DNA of 64,000 nt from NCBI GenBank assembly GCA_963841825.1, contig CAWJEL010000021.1, positions 7,260 through 71,259 on the forward strand, given 5' to 3'. The notes beneath the pieces are model-generated. The model worked only from the letters and a program-made list of their open reading frames with translations. It was not told the DNA's origin and did not search any database. The DNA comes from an uncultured Chloroflexia bacterium (GTDB lineage: Bacteria > Chloroflexota > Anaerolineae > CG2-30-64-16). This document shows, piece by piece, positions 46,343 through 56,650 of the stretch. The position numbers and the translations under genes are program-made. The first letter of the stretch is position 1; every line of letters starts with the position of its first letter.

Positions 46343-49300
46343 TTAACTCCGAATCAGCTTTACGCCGCGGCCGACTCCTCTTTCTTCTGCTGTTTGGCCG
46401 CCTCTTCGCGCGGCTTTGCGCGCGGCCCGCTCCTGCCGGCCGCGTTGGTAACGCGCCATCCCCCCCTCGACCATGCTGTAAGCCGTGGGCACGAACAACA
46501 GCGTCAGGATGGTCGAAGTGATCAGGCCGCCGATGACGGTGATAGCCATGGGCTGACGGAAGCCTCCCCCCGTGCCCAACCCGATCGCCACCGGCAGCAT
46601 ACCCAGGATCAGCGCCAGGGTCGTCATCAGGATGGGGCGCAGCCGGACGGAGCCGGCCACCTTGAGCGCCGCGTCGCGCTCCATGCCCTGCTTTCGCCGC
46701 AGTTTGTTGGTCAGATCCACCAGCAGGATCGAGTTCTTCGTCACCAGCCCCATCAGCAGGATCAAACCAATCATCGCGGTCATGTCCAACGGCAGATTAA
46801 AGGCCAGCAGCGACAGCAGGCCGCCGATGGCAGCAAACGGGAGGGCCAGCATGATGACCAACGGCTGGATGAACGAGCCGAACTGCGAGGCCAACACCAT
46901 GTAGACGAACAGCACGGCCAACAGCATCGCCGTGCCCATCGCGCCGAACGACTCCGTTTGCAGCGCCTGCTCGCCCGAAAACTCCCACGAGACACCCGCG
47001 GGCAACGCCACCGCCGCCATGACCAACTCGACATCTTTCACCACATCCGCCTGCACCCGGCCGAACGACTCGCCACCGATGATCACCGAGGCCTGGCGGT
47101 CGATCCGGTTGATCTCGGTCGGACCGCTGGCTTCTTCCATGTGGGCGATCTGGCGCAGCGGGACAAAGCCGCGCGGGGTCGGCATTTGCAGATCCAGCAC
47201 CTGATCCAACTGCTGGCGATCGGTTTCCTGGAGCTGCACTTTGATGTCAGCCTCCGGCCCTTCACCCCGGAAGGTAGCGACCTTGGAACCTTCGACCAGT
47301 GTGCGGATCGTGCTGCCGACGGTGGCGATGTTGAGACCCAGGTCGGCCGCCTTGCGGCGATCCACAACCAGCAGCACCTCCGGCTTGCCCGGCTGGTACG
47401 AAACATCCAGATCGACCAGCCCCGGCACCTGTTTCAACCGCTCAACCAGGTCAAGGCCGAACTGGTCCAGCGCGTCCGCATCGCCGATGGTTTGAAGCGT
47501 GATCTGAATCGGCTTACCCATGACGTTGTTACCGCCGGCGGTCATGCTCGTGAAGCTGCCGCCGCTGATCGACACGCCGGGCACGTCCGCCAGCTCGCCG
47601 CGCGCCGTCGCCAGGAATTCCTCCAGCGGATGGCCCGGTTTGAGATTCACTGTGAAACTGGCATCCTCCGGCGCACCGCGGCCGCCCACGGTCGCCAGAA
47701 CCGATTTGACATCGCTCCGCGCCAGGAGCCGGTTCTCAACCTCGCGCGCCTTCAGGTCCGTATTGGCGAGCGCCGTTCCGGGCGGCAGTGTCAGGGAGAC
47801 ATTGACGGTGCCCTGATCCACAGCGGGCATGAAGGATTGTTTGAGCATCGTGGCGCCGTATGCACTGACCGCCAGGATCACGATGCCGATGCCCAGGGTG
47901 ACCAGCCGGTGACGCAGCGTCCAGTGCAGCGAGCCCAGATAGACGCGTTCGATCCGTCCAAGACTGACATGTTCGACCCCCAAGGTATCGTGCCCCTCCG
48001 GGGCGACCTTGGGCTTTTGCTGCTTGAACAGATAGGCCGAAAGCATCGGCGCAAAGGTCAACGCCTCGACCAGCGAGATCAGCACCGCGATGCTGACGAC
48101 CAGCCCGAAGGAGTTCAGGAATTTGCCGATCAGGCCGCCCACAAAGGCGATGGGCAGGAAGACCGAGACGATGGTCAGCGACATGGCAACCACCGGCATG
48201 GCGACCTCGGCCGTGCCATCGCTGGATGCTTGCTTGGGCGTTTTGCCCATTTCCATGTGGCGGAAGATGTTCTCACGCACCACGATGGCGTCATCGATGA
48301 TCAACCCGACCGAGAGGGACAGGGCCATCAGCGATACGATGTTCAGCGTCATGTTCAGCGCGGACATGACCGCGAAGGTGCCCAGCAGGATGATGGGCAG
48401 GCCGGCCACCGTCACCAGGGTGTTCCGCAGGTTGCGGAAAAAGATGAACACGACCAGCGAGGCCATCAGCGCGCCGATCAGCAGCTCGCGCATGGCATCG
48501 TTGAAGCTCTCCCTGACGAAGATCGATTGATCCTGGACCGTCACCAGGTTGAGATCCGGCCGCGCCTGACCGAGCGCCGCCAGTTGCTTCTTGACCCGAT
48601 CGGCCACTTGCACAGTGTTCGTGCCCGATTGTTTACGCACGGAGATGACGACGGCCTCCTGGCCATCGAGCCGGCTGAAGGTGTCGAGCTTCTTCCAACC
48701 GTCCTGCACCGTGGCCACATCGCCCACGCGCACCGCGCCGAGGGGCGTGGCCACCTGCAAGTTCGCCACGTCTTCGACCGTCTGGAAGTTGCCGGGCGTG
48801 CGCAAGAGAAGGTTCTGTCCCGCCTGCTGGACGCTGCCGCCCGGGATACTCCAGCTCTCGGCGACGATGGTCTGGATGACCTGCTGCGGCGCCAGGTGGC
48901 GGGCCTTGAGCTGGTTGGCGTCCAGCAACACCTGGATCTCCCGCTCGCGGCCGCCGGTCACGGTAGCATCGGCGACGCCATCGACGCGTTGCAACAGCGG
49001 CAGAACATCGCGCGTTACGGTCTCGCGGATATTCTGGCCCGCGGCCGTGCCCTGTTGGCTGGCGACCGAGATGCCCAGGATCGGCAACGACGACGGATCG
49101 TACGCCGCGACGCTCGGTTCGAGGACGTCATCAGGCAGCTCGCCGCGCACGTTGGCGAGCTTCTCCCGCACGTCCTGGATCGCCCGCTTCACGTCCTTGT
49201 CCAGGCCGAAGCTGACGATGACGACCGAGTAGCCTTCGCTGGAACGCGATTGCACGCTCTCGACGCCGGGCGCAGTGACCATCGCCTCCTCGATCGGTTT

Positions 49301-49492
49301 GGTCACCTGCGTCTCGATCTCACTGGGACCAGCGCCCGGATAGACGGTGATGACCGCCATCGTCGGGAAGGAGACGTCGGGGAAGAAGTCCAGCGGCATG
49401 CCGGTATAGGCGATCACTCCCACCACCACCAACGCCAGCATGACCATGGTGATGAAGACCGGATTTCGAATCGAAACTTCCCAGGGTCGCAT
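46343..49492 (-). CDS. RND family efflux transporter permease (AcrB/HAE1-like)
   Basis: Intact 1049-aa ORF. SIRNPVFITMVMLALVVVGVIAYTGMPLDFFPDVSFP, and 12-TM organisation with two large loops. Confidence 0.95.
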   Translation of the reverse strand: MRPWEVSIRNPVFITMVMLALVVVGVIAYTGMPLDFFPDVSFPTMAVITVYPGAGPSEIETQVTKPIEEAMVTAPGVESVQSRSSEGYSVVIVSFGLDKDVKRAIQDVREKLANVRGELPDDVLEPSVAAYDPSSLPILGISVASQQGTAAGQNIRETVTRDVLPLLQRVDGVADATVTGGREREIQVLLDANQLKARHLAPQQVIQTIVAESWSIPGGSVQQAGQNLLLRTPGNFQTVEDVANLQVATPLGAVRVGDVATVQDGWKKLDTFSRLDGQEAVVISVRKQSGTNTVQVADRVKKQLAALGQARPDLNLVTVQDQSIFVRESFNDAMRELLIGALMASLVVFIFFRNLRNTLVTVAGLPIILLGTFAVMSALNMTLNIVSLMALSLSVGLIIDDAIVVRENIFRHMEMGKTPKQASSDGTAEVAMPVVAMSLTIVSVFLPIAFVGGLIGKFLNSFGLVVSIAVLISLVEALTFAPMLSAYLFKQQKPKVAPEGHDTLGVEHVSLGRIERVYLGSLHWTLRHRLVTLGIGIVILAVSAYGATMLKQSFMPAVDQGTVNVSLTLPPGTALANTDLKAREVENRLLARSDVKSVLATVGGRGAPEDASFTVNLKPGHPLEEFLATARGELADVPGVSISGGSFTSMTAGGNNVMGKPIQITLQTIGDADALDQFGLDLVERLKQVPGLVDLDVSYQPGKPEVLLVVDRRKAADLGLNIATVGSTIRTLVEGSKVATFRGEGPEADIKVQLQETDRQQLDQVLDLQMPTPRGFVPLRQIAHMEEASGPTEINRIDRQASVIIGGESFGRVQADVVKDVELVMAAVALPAGVSWEFSGEQALQTESFGAMGTAMLLAVLFVYMVLASQFGSFIQPLVIMLALPFAAIGGLLSLLAFNLPLDMTAMIGLILLMGLVTKNSILLVDLTNKLRRKQGMERDAALKVAGSVRLRPILMTTLALILGMLPVAIGLGTGGGFRQPMAITVIGGLITSTILTLLFVPTAYSMVEGGMARYQRGRQERAARKAARRGGQTAEERGVGRGVKLIRS

Positions 49493-49494
49493 GG

Positions 49495-50757
49495 CTATTG
49501 CTCCAGCAGTTGGACCGTGGCGAACATGCCGGGCCGCAGGTCCGCTGCGCCATCGCCGGTGGCCTTCACGGTCACCTGCACGGTGCGGGTGGCGTGGTCG
49601 AAGGTCGGCGCGATCTCGGATAGCACGCCATCGAAGGTGCGGTCGGGATAGGCGTCAACCTGGATCGTGACCGGCTGACCCACGCGCACATCCTGGAAGC
49701 GTGACTCTTCCACCGGGATGATGATCTTCACATCGTTGGAAAAGATCACCGCCAGGGCTGCGCCGGGGCCGGCCATCCCGCCCTCGACCGCGTCCAGCTT
49801 GTAGATGAAACCATCCGCGGGCGCCTCGACATTGGTCTTGTCCAACTGCAACTGTGCCAGGTAGACGGCAGCCTCGGCCTGCTTGACCCCCGCCTCGGCG
49901 GCTTTGATCTGCGCCGGCTCCGCGCCGCGCTTGAGGCGGGCCAACTGCGCCTCAGCGCCGGTGAGCTGGGCGTAGGCGCCCGCGATCTGATCGGCGGTGG
50001 CGCCCTTGAGCAGCTTATCGTAGCCCGCTTGCGCCTGTTCCAACATCAGCGTGGCCTGCTGCAACTGCAAACTCTCCGGCATCATCCCGGCGAAAGGGTT
50101 GCCCGCGATGCGGTCGTACTGCGACTGATACAGCTTCACGGCCGCCTCGGCCTGGCGGAGCTGGGCTAACGTCATGCGCTTATCTTCGTCGGTGGGACCT
50201 TTCAACGCGCGATCATAGCCGGCTCTGGCTGCCTTGACCGCCGCCTCTGCAGCGTCGAGGTCGCTCTTCTTGGGCTGGGTCTTGGCCAGCTCCAACTGGG
50301 ACTGGGTCAGCTCCAGCGCTGCCTGCGCCTGCCGCGCGTTGGGCCTCCGCCACGGCGCTGTCGATGCGCACCAGCGGGTCGCCCTTGTGGACGCTGTCGC
50401 CAACCGCCACCCTGACCTCCTGAATCTGCCCGCGGCCTGGGCCACGACGGGCACGATGGACTCGGCCATGATCTCGCCGTTGTACGTCATGCTCGATGTG
50501 GACAGCCGCCGGTTGGCAGCGCTGCCTGCCACCACGCTTTCACCCGAGGCCGCGGTGTTGGCTGGCGTGCTGACGACTACCGGGCTGGGCGACGGGATCG
50601 GCGTCGCCAACGCGGGCTGCGCGGCGGCCGGCGCTTCGGATATACCCAACTGCTGGGCGACCGTACAGCCGCCCAGCGCCAGGACGAGCGCCAGCAAAAG
50701 GATCGCCACGCCCCAACGCGGCCTCGGCGGATGGATTCTTGCTTGTGTCGTTCTCAT
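49495..50757 (-). pseudogene. RND efflux periplasmic adaptor (HlyD/MFP family lipoprotein) with a short out-of-frame patch (two compensating indels, about 50428 and 50335)
   Basis: Lipobox LALGGC. Residues ...AQAAG then RFRRSGWRLATASTRATRWCASTAPWRRPNAR look like noise, while the alternative frame reads QIQEVRVAVGDSVHKGDPLVRIDSAVAEAQRA (canonical lipoyl-hairpin motif). The frame is restored at QAQAALELTQSQLE. Confidence 0.8.
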
Positions 50758-50767
50758 GACCTTCCTC

Positions 50768-52427
50768 TTATTTTCCCCAACTCACGACCTGTTCGGCCTG
50801 ATAGTTGTACTCGATGGGCACGTTGATGGGCAACTGCCTCTGATCACTGCCATCCGGATTCATCACCCAAAACTTCCACTGGCCGGTCCGATTGCTCAGA
50901 AACACGATGTGCTGCCCGTCCGGGCTCCAGGCCGGCGCGACGTTGTGCGGCAGCGGCGTGTACAGGGTCGTCGCCGGCCGGGTCAGCGCCGTCACATGCG
51001 AGCCAACGCTGTGCGTCGCTGCGGGATCGATGATGGCGCTAAAAATTTCCCAGTGATCCTTTTCGAGGCTATGGAAGACGATGCGGTCGCCCCCGGGCTG
51101 CACGGCCGGGTCCTGGTAACGGTATTCGCCGAGCACATCCCGGTTCTGGCTCTCATCGGAAACGTCCTGCGTAACCTGGAGGCCCACCCCGCCGTAGAAA
51201 ATGCCAGGTTCAGCCCAATCAGGTGTGAGCGCGTTCGCCATTACCGCCAAGTCCTGATAACTCCCCCCGTCGCGATCCACGCCGCGCCAGCTCCCATTTA
51301 TCGGTGGTCTTAAGCGGGAACATGAGGTTGTACGGAAAAATGTCCGGCAGGCAGATGCCGTAGCCGACGTTCGCGACAGCGATGCTCGCCGTTGACATGG
51401 CTGAAGACGAGCTTGCTGCCGTCGGGGCTCCAATCCGGCGCGCGCAGCGGTTTGCCGCTCGTGAAGATGCGCCGCTCGTTCGCCCCGTCGATGCCGATCA
51501 GGTAGAGGCCCTGTTCGCCGCCGCTCTCACGCCAGAAAGCCACCGTCCGGCCGTCCGGGCTGAGCGCCGGGTCCGCGCCCGTGGTGAGGACGCGCTGCGT
51601 GCCGCTCGCCAGATCGTACACGTAAATCCTGCCGCCGCTGCGTTCCTGAAAGACCAACTTGCCCGTCAGACCCGCAGTTGCGGCCGATTTTGCCGCCGGC
51701 TGTCCGGCCGCGGGCCTGGCCGGTGCGGCCGCGACGGGAGCGCGCCGGCGTCGCCCTGCAGCGTCACATAACCGGCGCTGACCCACCCGGAACCACCTGG
51801 GAGGGCCGCCTGTTCAACCCGGATCCAGTCGCCGTCTGCGTTGCGCGCCACGGCCATCAACGCAGCGCCGGACCCGACTGTGGTAAGCACAGGATAACCG
51901 GTGCCTGGTCCGGCCCGCACATTGAGGCGCGCCGTCCCGGACCCGACCGTGGCTTGCAGGGGAGCGGGCGCATCCGACGACGCGACGCCGGCAGTCGCCG
52001 CGGGCGGGGCAGCAGAAGTTGGCTCCGCAAAGCCCTCACGTACCGGCACGTTGCTGACGCCGAAAATCAACAGTGCATCTGCGCTCGCCCAGCCGGCTGT
52101 GTCATCCCGGGTGACGCCATGGAACCAGCGATTGTCGGACGTGCGGCCATCGACCCGCAAAGCGGCGCCGGCCGGCAGTTCGAGGATTAATTGCCCACTG
52201 TCATCGTACAGGCTGGCCCCGCCGGTCCGCGCCACGGCCAACGTGGTGTCAGTCGAACGCCGACCCAGCGCCGGCGCGGCCGGGCTGATTGATCTCGCAG
52301 CCACGCTACCAGTCGGGACAAACATAGATGAAACGAACAGGAGTCCGCTCAGCAGGACGAGCAGACCGCCGCGCCCGCGCATTTTCGTGCCGGGGCCCGC
52401 CCGGCTATCGCCACGATCGTAAGACAT
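50768..52427 (-). pseudogene. Secreted SH3(x2)-TolB-like beta-propeller protein; three frame changes (about 51737, 51370, 51283)
   Basis: Signal-like LLVLLSGLLFVSS. Two SH3_3-like units (ARLNVRAGPGTGYPVL...DWIRV). Then GKLVFQERSGGRIYVYDL...SPDGRTVAF..WSPDGSKLVF (PD40 repeats). Third-frame patch VGYGICLPDIFPYNLMFPLKTTDKWELAR. Then VDRDGGSYQDL...WSPDGQHIVFLSNRTGQWKFWVMNPDGS. Confidence 0.75.
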
Positions 52428-52710
52428 CTTCACCCTTTCTCTGTGATTTTAGCCCGAGGACGTAATCTTGATCCGCTTCTCCTACAAGACTAGGGAAGGG
52501 GGCGTGCAGGCGATCTTCGCCAAGCGGCAGGCAGACGCGACACGGGCCGCCACCGACCGCCCGTCTACGCTGATTGTAATGCGCGACGGCTCACCGCGCA
52601 TCTATCCGCGGCCATATTTGACCCATCCCTAAAGAGCTATTGCGGATCCGGCGCGATTAGCCGAAAGACACATGACCTTTGGCAGGTAGCAAGCTCTATC
52701 AAGCGGCATA

Positions 52711-52740
52711 TTGCCGCGCCGCGGCGGCGTGTGCTATACT
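52711..52740 (+). promoter_or_regulatory. Possible promoter TTGCCG-18 nt-TATACT for the two-component operon
   Basis: Read directly, about 60 nt upstream of ATG 52799. The -35 is weak. Confidence 0.3.
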
Positions 52741-52798
52741 CGCAGCGGGCGCCAGTATAGCGCATAACGCCGAAACGCAACGACTTTGAGGGTGATTC

Positions 52799-54070
52799 AT
52801 GCTCGCGTGGGCCAAGAGATGGCTTTATCCCTATCCGGATACGGCTGGAGCGCTGCGTCTGGGTTTCGTCGCGGCCTACATCGGGGTCGGCGGCGCCCTG
52901 GTTGTGTACACGAACGTCGTCAGCCCGTGCAGCGAGCAGTTTCCGAACCCGAAACCGTGGGCCATGATCGGGTTCCTGGCATTACTGTTGTTTGTGGAAC
53001 GCTTTGAGCTCACCCGGGAACCACACACCGTCTCCCGCCCTCTCGCCGTCGGCCTGCTGATCATCCGCGCGGCGCTTGTTCAGGGCGTTGTCTCCCTGGA
53101 CTGCACGGAGTTAGGGGTCATCCTCTATCCTGTGGTCCCCTTTGCCGCCTTCTTCACCCTGGGTGTTCCGCTCAGCCGCCTCGTGAGCCTGGGCTACTGG
53201 TTCTTGGTGGCGATCCTCGCCTGGGAAACCGGCAGCGTCGGCCCGCTAAAAAACTTTGACTCCGTCACTATCATCGTGATCTTTTCGCTGCTGCTGATCT
53301 TCACGCAGATCATCGCCAGGCACATCGACCGGGATCAGCGGAGCCGGCAGCAGATGCAGCGGCTGCTGGTTGAGTTGGAGACATCGCACCGGCAACTTCA
53401 GGATTACGCCGGCCGGGTCGCACAGCTCGCAGCCGCTGCGGAGCGTAACCGGTTGGCGAGAGACATCCATGACAGCCTGGGGCACTATCTGACAGCCATC
53501 AACATCCAGTTGGAGAAGGCGCAGGCCTATCGCGAGCGCAATCCGGGCGAGGCGGATCAGGCCATCCGCGACGCCAAGCAGACCGCGCAGGCCGCGCTCC
53601 ACGACGTGCGCCAATCCGTCAGCGCCTTGCGCGGCGCCGAAGGCAAGTTTTCGCTCAGACATTCATTGGCCGACCTCGTCGATCGGATGAACGGGGGGAC
53701 GCTCGAGATCGACTATCGTGTGGACGGTGACGAGACTGATTACGCCGGCCCGGTGTTGACGACGCTTTACCGCGCGGCTCAAGAAGGGCTGACCAACGTG
53801 CAGAAGCACGCGCAGGCGCGGCATGTGCTCCTCAATGTGAAGTTGGGCGAAGAAGAAGCATGCCTCAGCCTCCGAGACGATGGGTCCGGTTTCAACACGG
53901 AGACGCTGATAGCCTTGGCCGCGTCACCCGAACATGGCTTCGGCTTACAGGGGCTTCAAGAGCGCCTGGAGCTGGTGAGAGGACAGATGCACATCAATAG
54001 CGACCCCGCACACGGCACAGAACTCACCGTCATCGTCCCGAAACACCTTTCCCCATGGGTGGCAGCATGA
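52799..54070 (+). CDS. Sensor histidine kinase (HisKA_3/NarX-type) with polytopic N-terminal domain
   Basis: AAERNRLARDIHDSLGHYLTAINIQLE (H-box). LYRAAQEGLTNVQKHA (N-box). DDGSGF...GFGLQGLQERL (G-boxes). Confidence 0.9.
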   Translation: MLAWAKRWLYPYPDTAGALRLGFVAAYIGVGGALVVYTNVVSPCSEQFPNPKPWAMIGFLALLLFVERFELTREPHTVSRPLAVGLLIIRAALVQGVVSLDCTELGVILYPVVPFAAFFTLGVPLSRLVSLGYWFLVAILAWETGSVGPLKNFDSVTIIVIFSLLLIFTQIIARHIDRDQRSRQQMQRLLVELETSHRQLQDYAGRVAQLAAAAERNRLARDIHDSLGHYLTAINIQLEKAQAYRERNPGEADQAIRDAKQTAQAALHDVRQSVSALRGAEGKFSLRHSLADLVDRMNGGTLEIDYRVDGDETDYAGPVLTTLYRAAQEGLTNVQKHAQARHVLLNVKLGEEEACLSLRDDGSGFNTETLIALAASPEHGFGLQGLQERLELVRGQMHINSDPAHGTELTVIVPKHLSPWVAA

Positions 54071-54735
54071 ACGACGTGACGGTACTCGTGGTCGATGATC
54101 AGCGCCTGGTGCGTGATGGCATCGCGTCGCTGCTGAATATCCAGGAAGGTATCAGCGTGGTCGGACAGGCCGTCAACGGCCAGGAGGCCATCGAAAAGGC
54201 GTTGGCGCTGAGTCCCGATGTCATCTTGATGGACGTCCGCATGCCCCTCATGGATGGCATCGTGGCCACGGCCCAGCTCCACCGGCAGTTGCCCGGCTGC
54301 CAGGTGATCATGCTGACCACTTTCGACGACGAGGAATACATCGTCAAGTCGCTGCGCGCGGGGGCTGTGGGCTATCTGCTCAAGGACATCCCGGCGGCGC
54401 AACTCGCCCGCGCAGTGCAACTGGCCCACGCCGGCATCTATCAGCTCGAGCCCTCGGTGGCAGGCAAGCTGGTCGGCATGCTGGGCGCCGTACAGCCTGA
54501 GCGTCCGCCGCTGTCCACGCCGGCGCGGACGGCGCCGATCGAAAATGATCTCACGGAGCGCGAGTTGGAGGTGCTGCGCCTCATCGGCACCGGCGCGACC
54601 AACCGGGAGATCGCCGACCGACTGGTGGTCAGCGAGGGCACGGTCAAGAACCACGTCTCCAGCATCCTCAGCCGCCTCGGGCTGCGCGATCGGACCCAGG
54701 CCGCGTTGTTCGCCCACGAGCATGGGCTGACGTAA
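54067..54735 (+). CDS. Response regulator, NarL/LuxR family
   Basis: ATGA overlap with the kinase. VLVVDDQRLVRDG...DVILMDVRMPLMDG receiver, then LTERELEVLRLIGTGATNREIADRLVVSEGTVKNHVSSIL HTH. Confidence 0.9.
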   Translation: MNDVTVLVVDDQRLVRDGIASLLNIQEGISVVGQAVNGQEAIEKALALSPDVILMDVRMPLMDGIVATAQLHRQLPGCQVIMLTTFDDEEYIVKSLRAGAVGYLLKDIPAAQLARAVQLAHAGIYQLEPSVAGKLVGMLGAVQPERPPLSTPARTAPIENDLTERELEVLRLIGTGATNREIADRLVVSEGTVKNHVSSILSRLGLRDRTQAALFAHEHGLT

Positions 54736-55239
54736 AGTTCATCCCTTGGAACTGTGGCGCCACCGACCCGGGCGCGGTTTTCATTGGCCTGTGTACCAGG
54801 TTTCAATGCTGTCCATGCCATCGACCGCAGCCCTCGCACGCAGGTCCAGTTGACCGTCCAGATGTTAGCACTTGCATCGAATGTCTCGAGGTCGCGCCAA
54901 GTCGGGTTGTTCGTGCAGGCATCGCCGTTGGACGTTCTCGTACGTGCTGGCGGTGGCGATCCCACAAATACGGCCGCTGAAGCAGGATTTCATATTTTCA
55001 GCGGTGTAAAAAAGCCAGGATGGCAGACAACGCATAGCGTTTGCCACGCGCTTCAGGAAGTCGGGAATCTCGACAGGAACCTCATTCAAAGGGATAATCG
55101 ACGTATGCACAACATCACCGCGTCTGTGGTTTCTCTTATGTGGGCGATACTACGCCTTCCCTACTCTTGATTTCAGGCGTGCCCGACGCCTACCGCCCTT
55201 TTTGTCTTAAAACTGAATGAATTCTGGCACCAAAAAGGC

Positions 55240-55268
55240 TTGACATATTCTTGGAAACTCCCTATAAT
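55240..55268 (+). promoter_or_regulatory. Perfect consensus sigma70 promoter TTGACA-17 nt-TATAAT
   Basis: TTGACA 55240-55245, spacer 55246-55262 (17 nt), TATAAT 55263-55268. About 210 nt upstream of the first island gene. Confidence 0.7.
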
Positions 55269-55484
55269 GTGCTTGCATGAACAGGGCGAGTCTGGAGGGC
55301 TATGATCTCCGTAGTGTCCGTCTTCGCTCACACTTCGCTACCCGCCGCTTCGTCGCCGAGTTATAATTCGGCGCTGGACGGTTGGCTTGGTTCCGCGCTC
55401 GATATCTCCTTGACCTTCCGACTATCCAACTGCGCACGGTTCCCAGATGGCTTCACCTGCCTGCAAAGAATGTGAGAGTCATTG

Positions 55485-56607
55485 ATGGCTGCCGATACTA
55501 TAAGGCTCAACAACCAACAGCTTAGAAGACTATGGCGACGCCTTATTATTGTTCTACTGACACTCGCTGCCACAGTGGCTGGAATCGCCCCTGCATTGCT
55601 TTTTCTCGATCATTCGGAGTGGCTCTGGCTGTTCGCTGGGGAGGCAATGGTGCTTACGTTTGTCTACGTGTTTTTCATGTGGACTACCTATGCGACCAAC
55701 GCTCCTGGGTTCTGGGAGTTCCTGCTGGGATGGTTGGGTGCCATCTGTCCGCCGGCGATCTTGGGGCTGCTTTGGCTTTTGGTTTATGGTATCCTCTTCG
55801 CCGCATGCGGCTTGATATGGGGTATCCAACCCCCTCCCGCAGTCCTCATTTTTACCCTGGTGCTCGCAGCTCTCTGCGGGTTATTCTTTATCCTGTTCTC
55901 TTTTATGAACCTCGCAGAACAGCTCTACCCGAATTCGGCTGGGATACAATCCGCATTCTACGGCTTGCTCAGGCAAAAGGGGTGGCAGCGTGTTTGGGGC
56001 ATTGCCGGCGTCGCAATGGTTGGTGCTGTAGCGGCGACCTTAATGCTCCCGGAGGTCTTGTTCCACATCGCGTTAGTGCTTCTGCTGATTGCGCTCTGCG
56101 TCGTGAGCGCTCCGTGGTGGCTAATGAGCGCTCAGGTGAGTCGAATGGGAAGAGATGATAACGCGGTCCAGACGGTAGAGAAGCTGTTTCAGAAGGCAGG
56201 CTATGAGTTCGAGCGTGACCCGAGAACAGGGAAGGCCGACGTTCGATCCTCTTCTCACTGATCTGGATGTGCTGGCCCGAAAGGGAATCGAGAACCATCT
56301 TGTGAGGGTCGAGTCAGAGCACTCCACCGGACAACTTGTGAACTGGACAGCGGCCGCAAAGCTGAGTATGGCCGCGACGCTCTTGGTGCAGGAGCGTGGT
56401 CTGGCGGCAGAGAGTACCGATTTTCGGCTCATCCTGTTTGATGTTGAGGCTGATGAAAGCCTCGCTGCGCCTGGTATTGCAGACGGTGTCAGGATTGTGA
56501 GGTTGAAAGCAGACAGAGTCGCTCAAGTCCTTGATGGACGGATGGGAGACAAAGAACAGCAGGGGGAAGCCATGCAATTGCTGGACTTGGGGAGTGCGCC
56601 AGGCTAA
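55485..56607 (+). pseudogene. Polytopic (about 7-TM) membrane protein fused to a restriction-endonuclease-like (Mrr-cat-like) cytoplasmic domain; frame change near 56238
   Basis: TM-rich ORF 55482-56261 ends ...QTVEKLFQKAGYEFERDPRTGKA. The +1 frame (ORF 56203-56607) continues TFDPLLTDLDVLARKGIENHLVRVESEH.... The LF..AGYE / D.DVLA / VRVES spacing resembles the Mrr-type REase core. Weak, by eye. Confidence 0.6.
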
Positions 56608-56650
56608 TTCGCTGGCCTTGAGAAGTTCTTTTGATCCGGGGTGGTGGATC

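Noticed and set aside
46340-49651. 1103-aa plus-strand ORF covering the whole RND gene region
   Set aside because: It is antisense to a minus-strand ORF with unmistakable AcrB-type homology. Its own translation is low-complexity (runs of R, Q, H, D, G) with no recognisable motif. Long stop-free antisense frames are expected in GC-rich genes with G/C-ending codons.
54740-55200. Coding potential between the response regulator and the island promoter (plus ORF 54754-55170; minus ORFs 54865-55110 and 54441-54965)
   Set aside because: The plus ORF translation looks like off-frame noise. The minus strand gives protein-like stretches in two frames (…IIPLNEVPVEIPDFLKRVANAMRCLPSW… and …NGDACTNNPTWRDLETFDASANIWTVNWTC…). 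However, joining them needs a frameshift, and the second frame has no stop until deep inside the regulator gene. This is unresolved, so I did not call a gene. A weak hairpin plus T-run at 55175-55203 was likewise not called.
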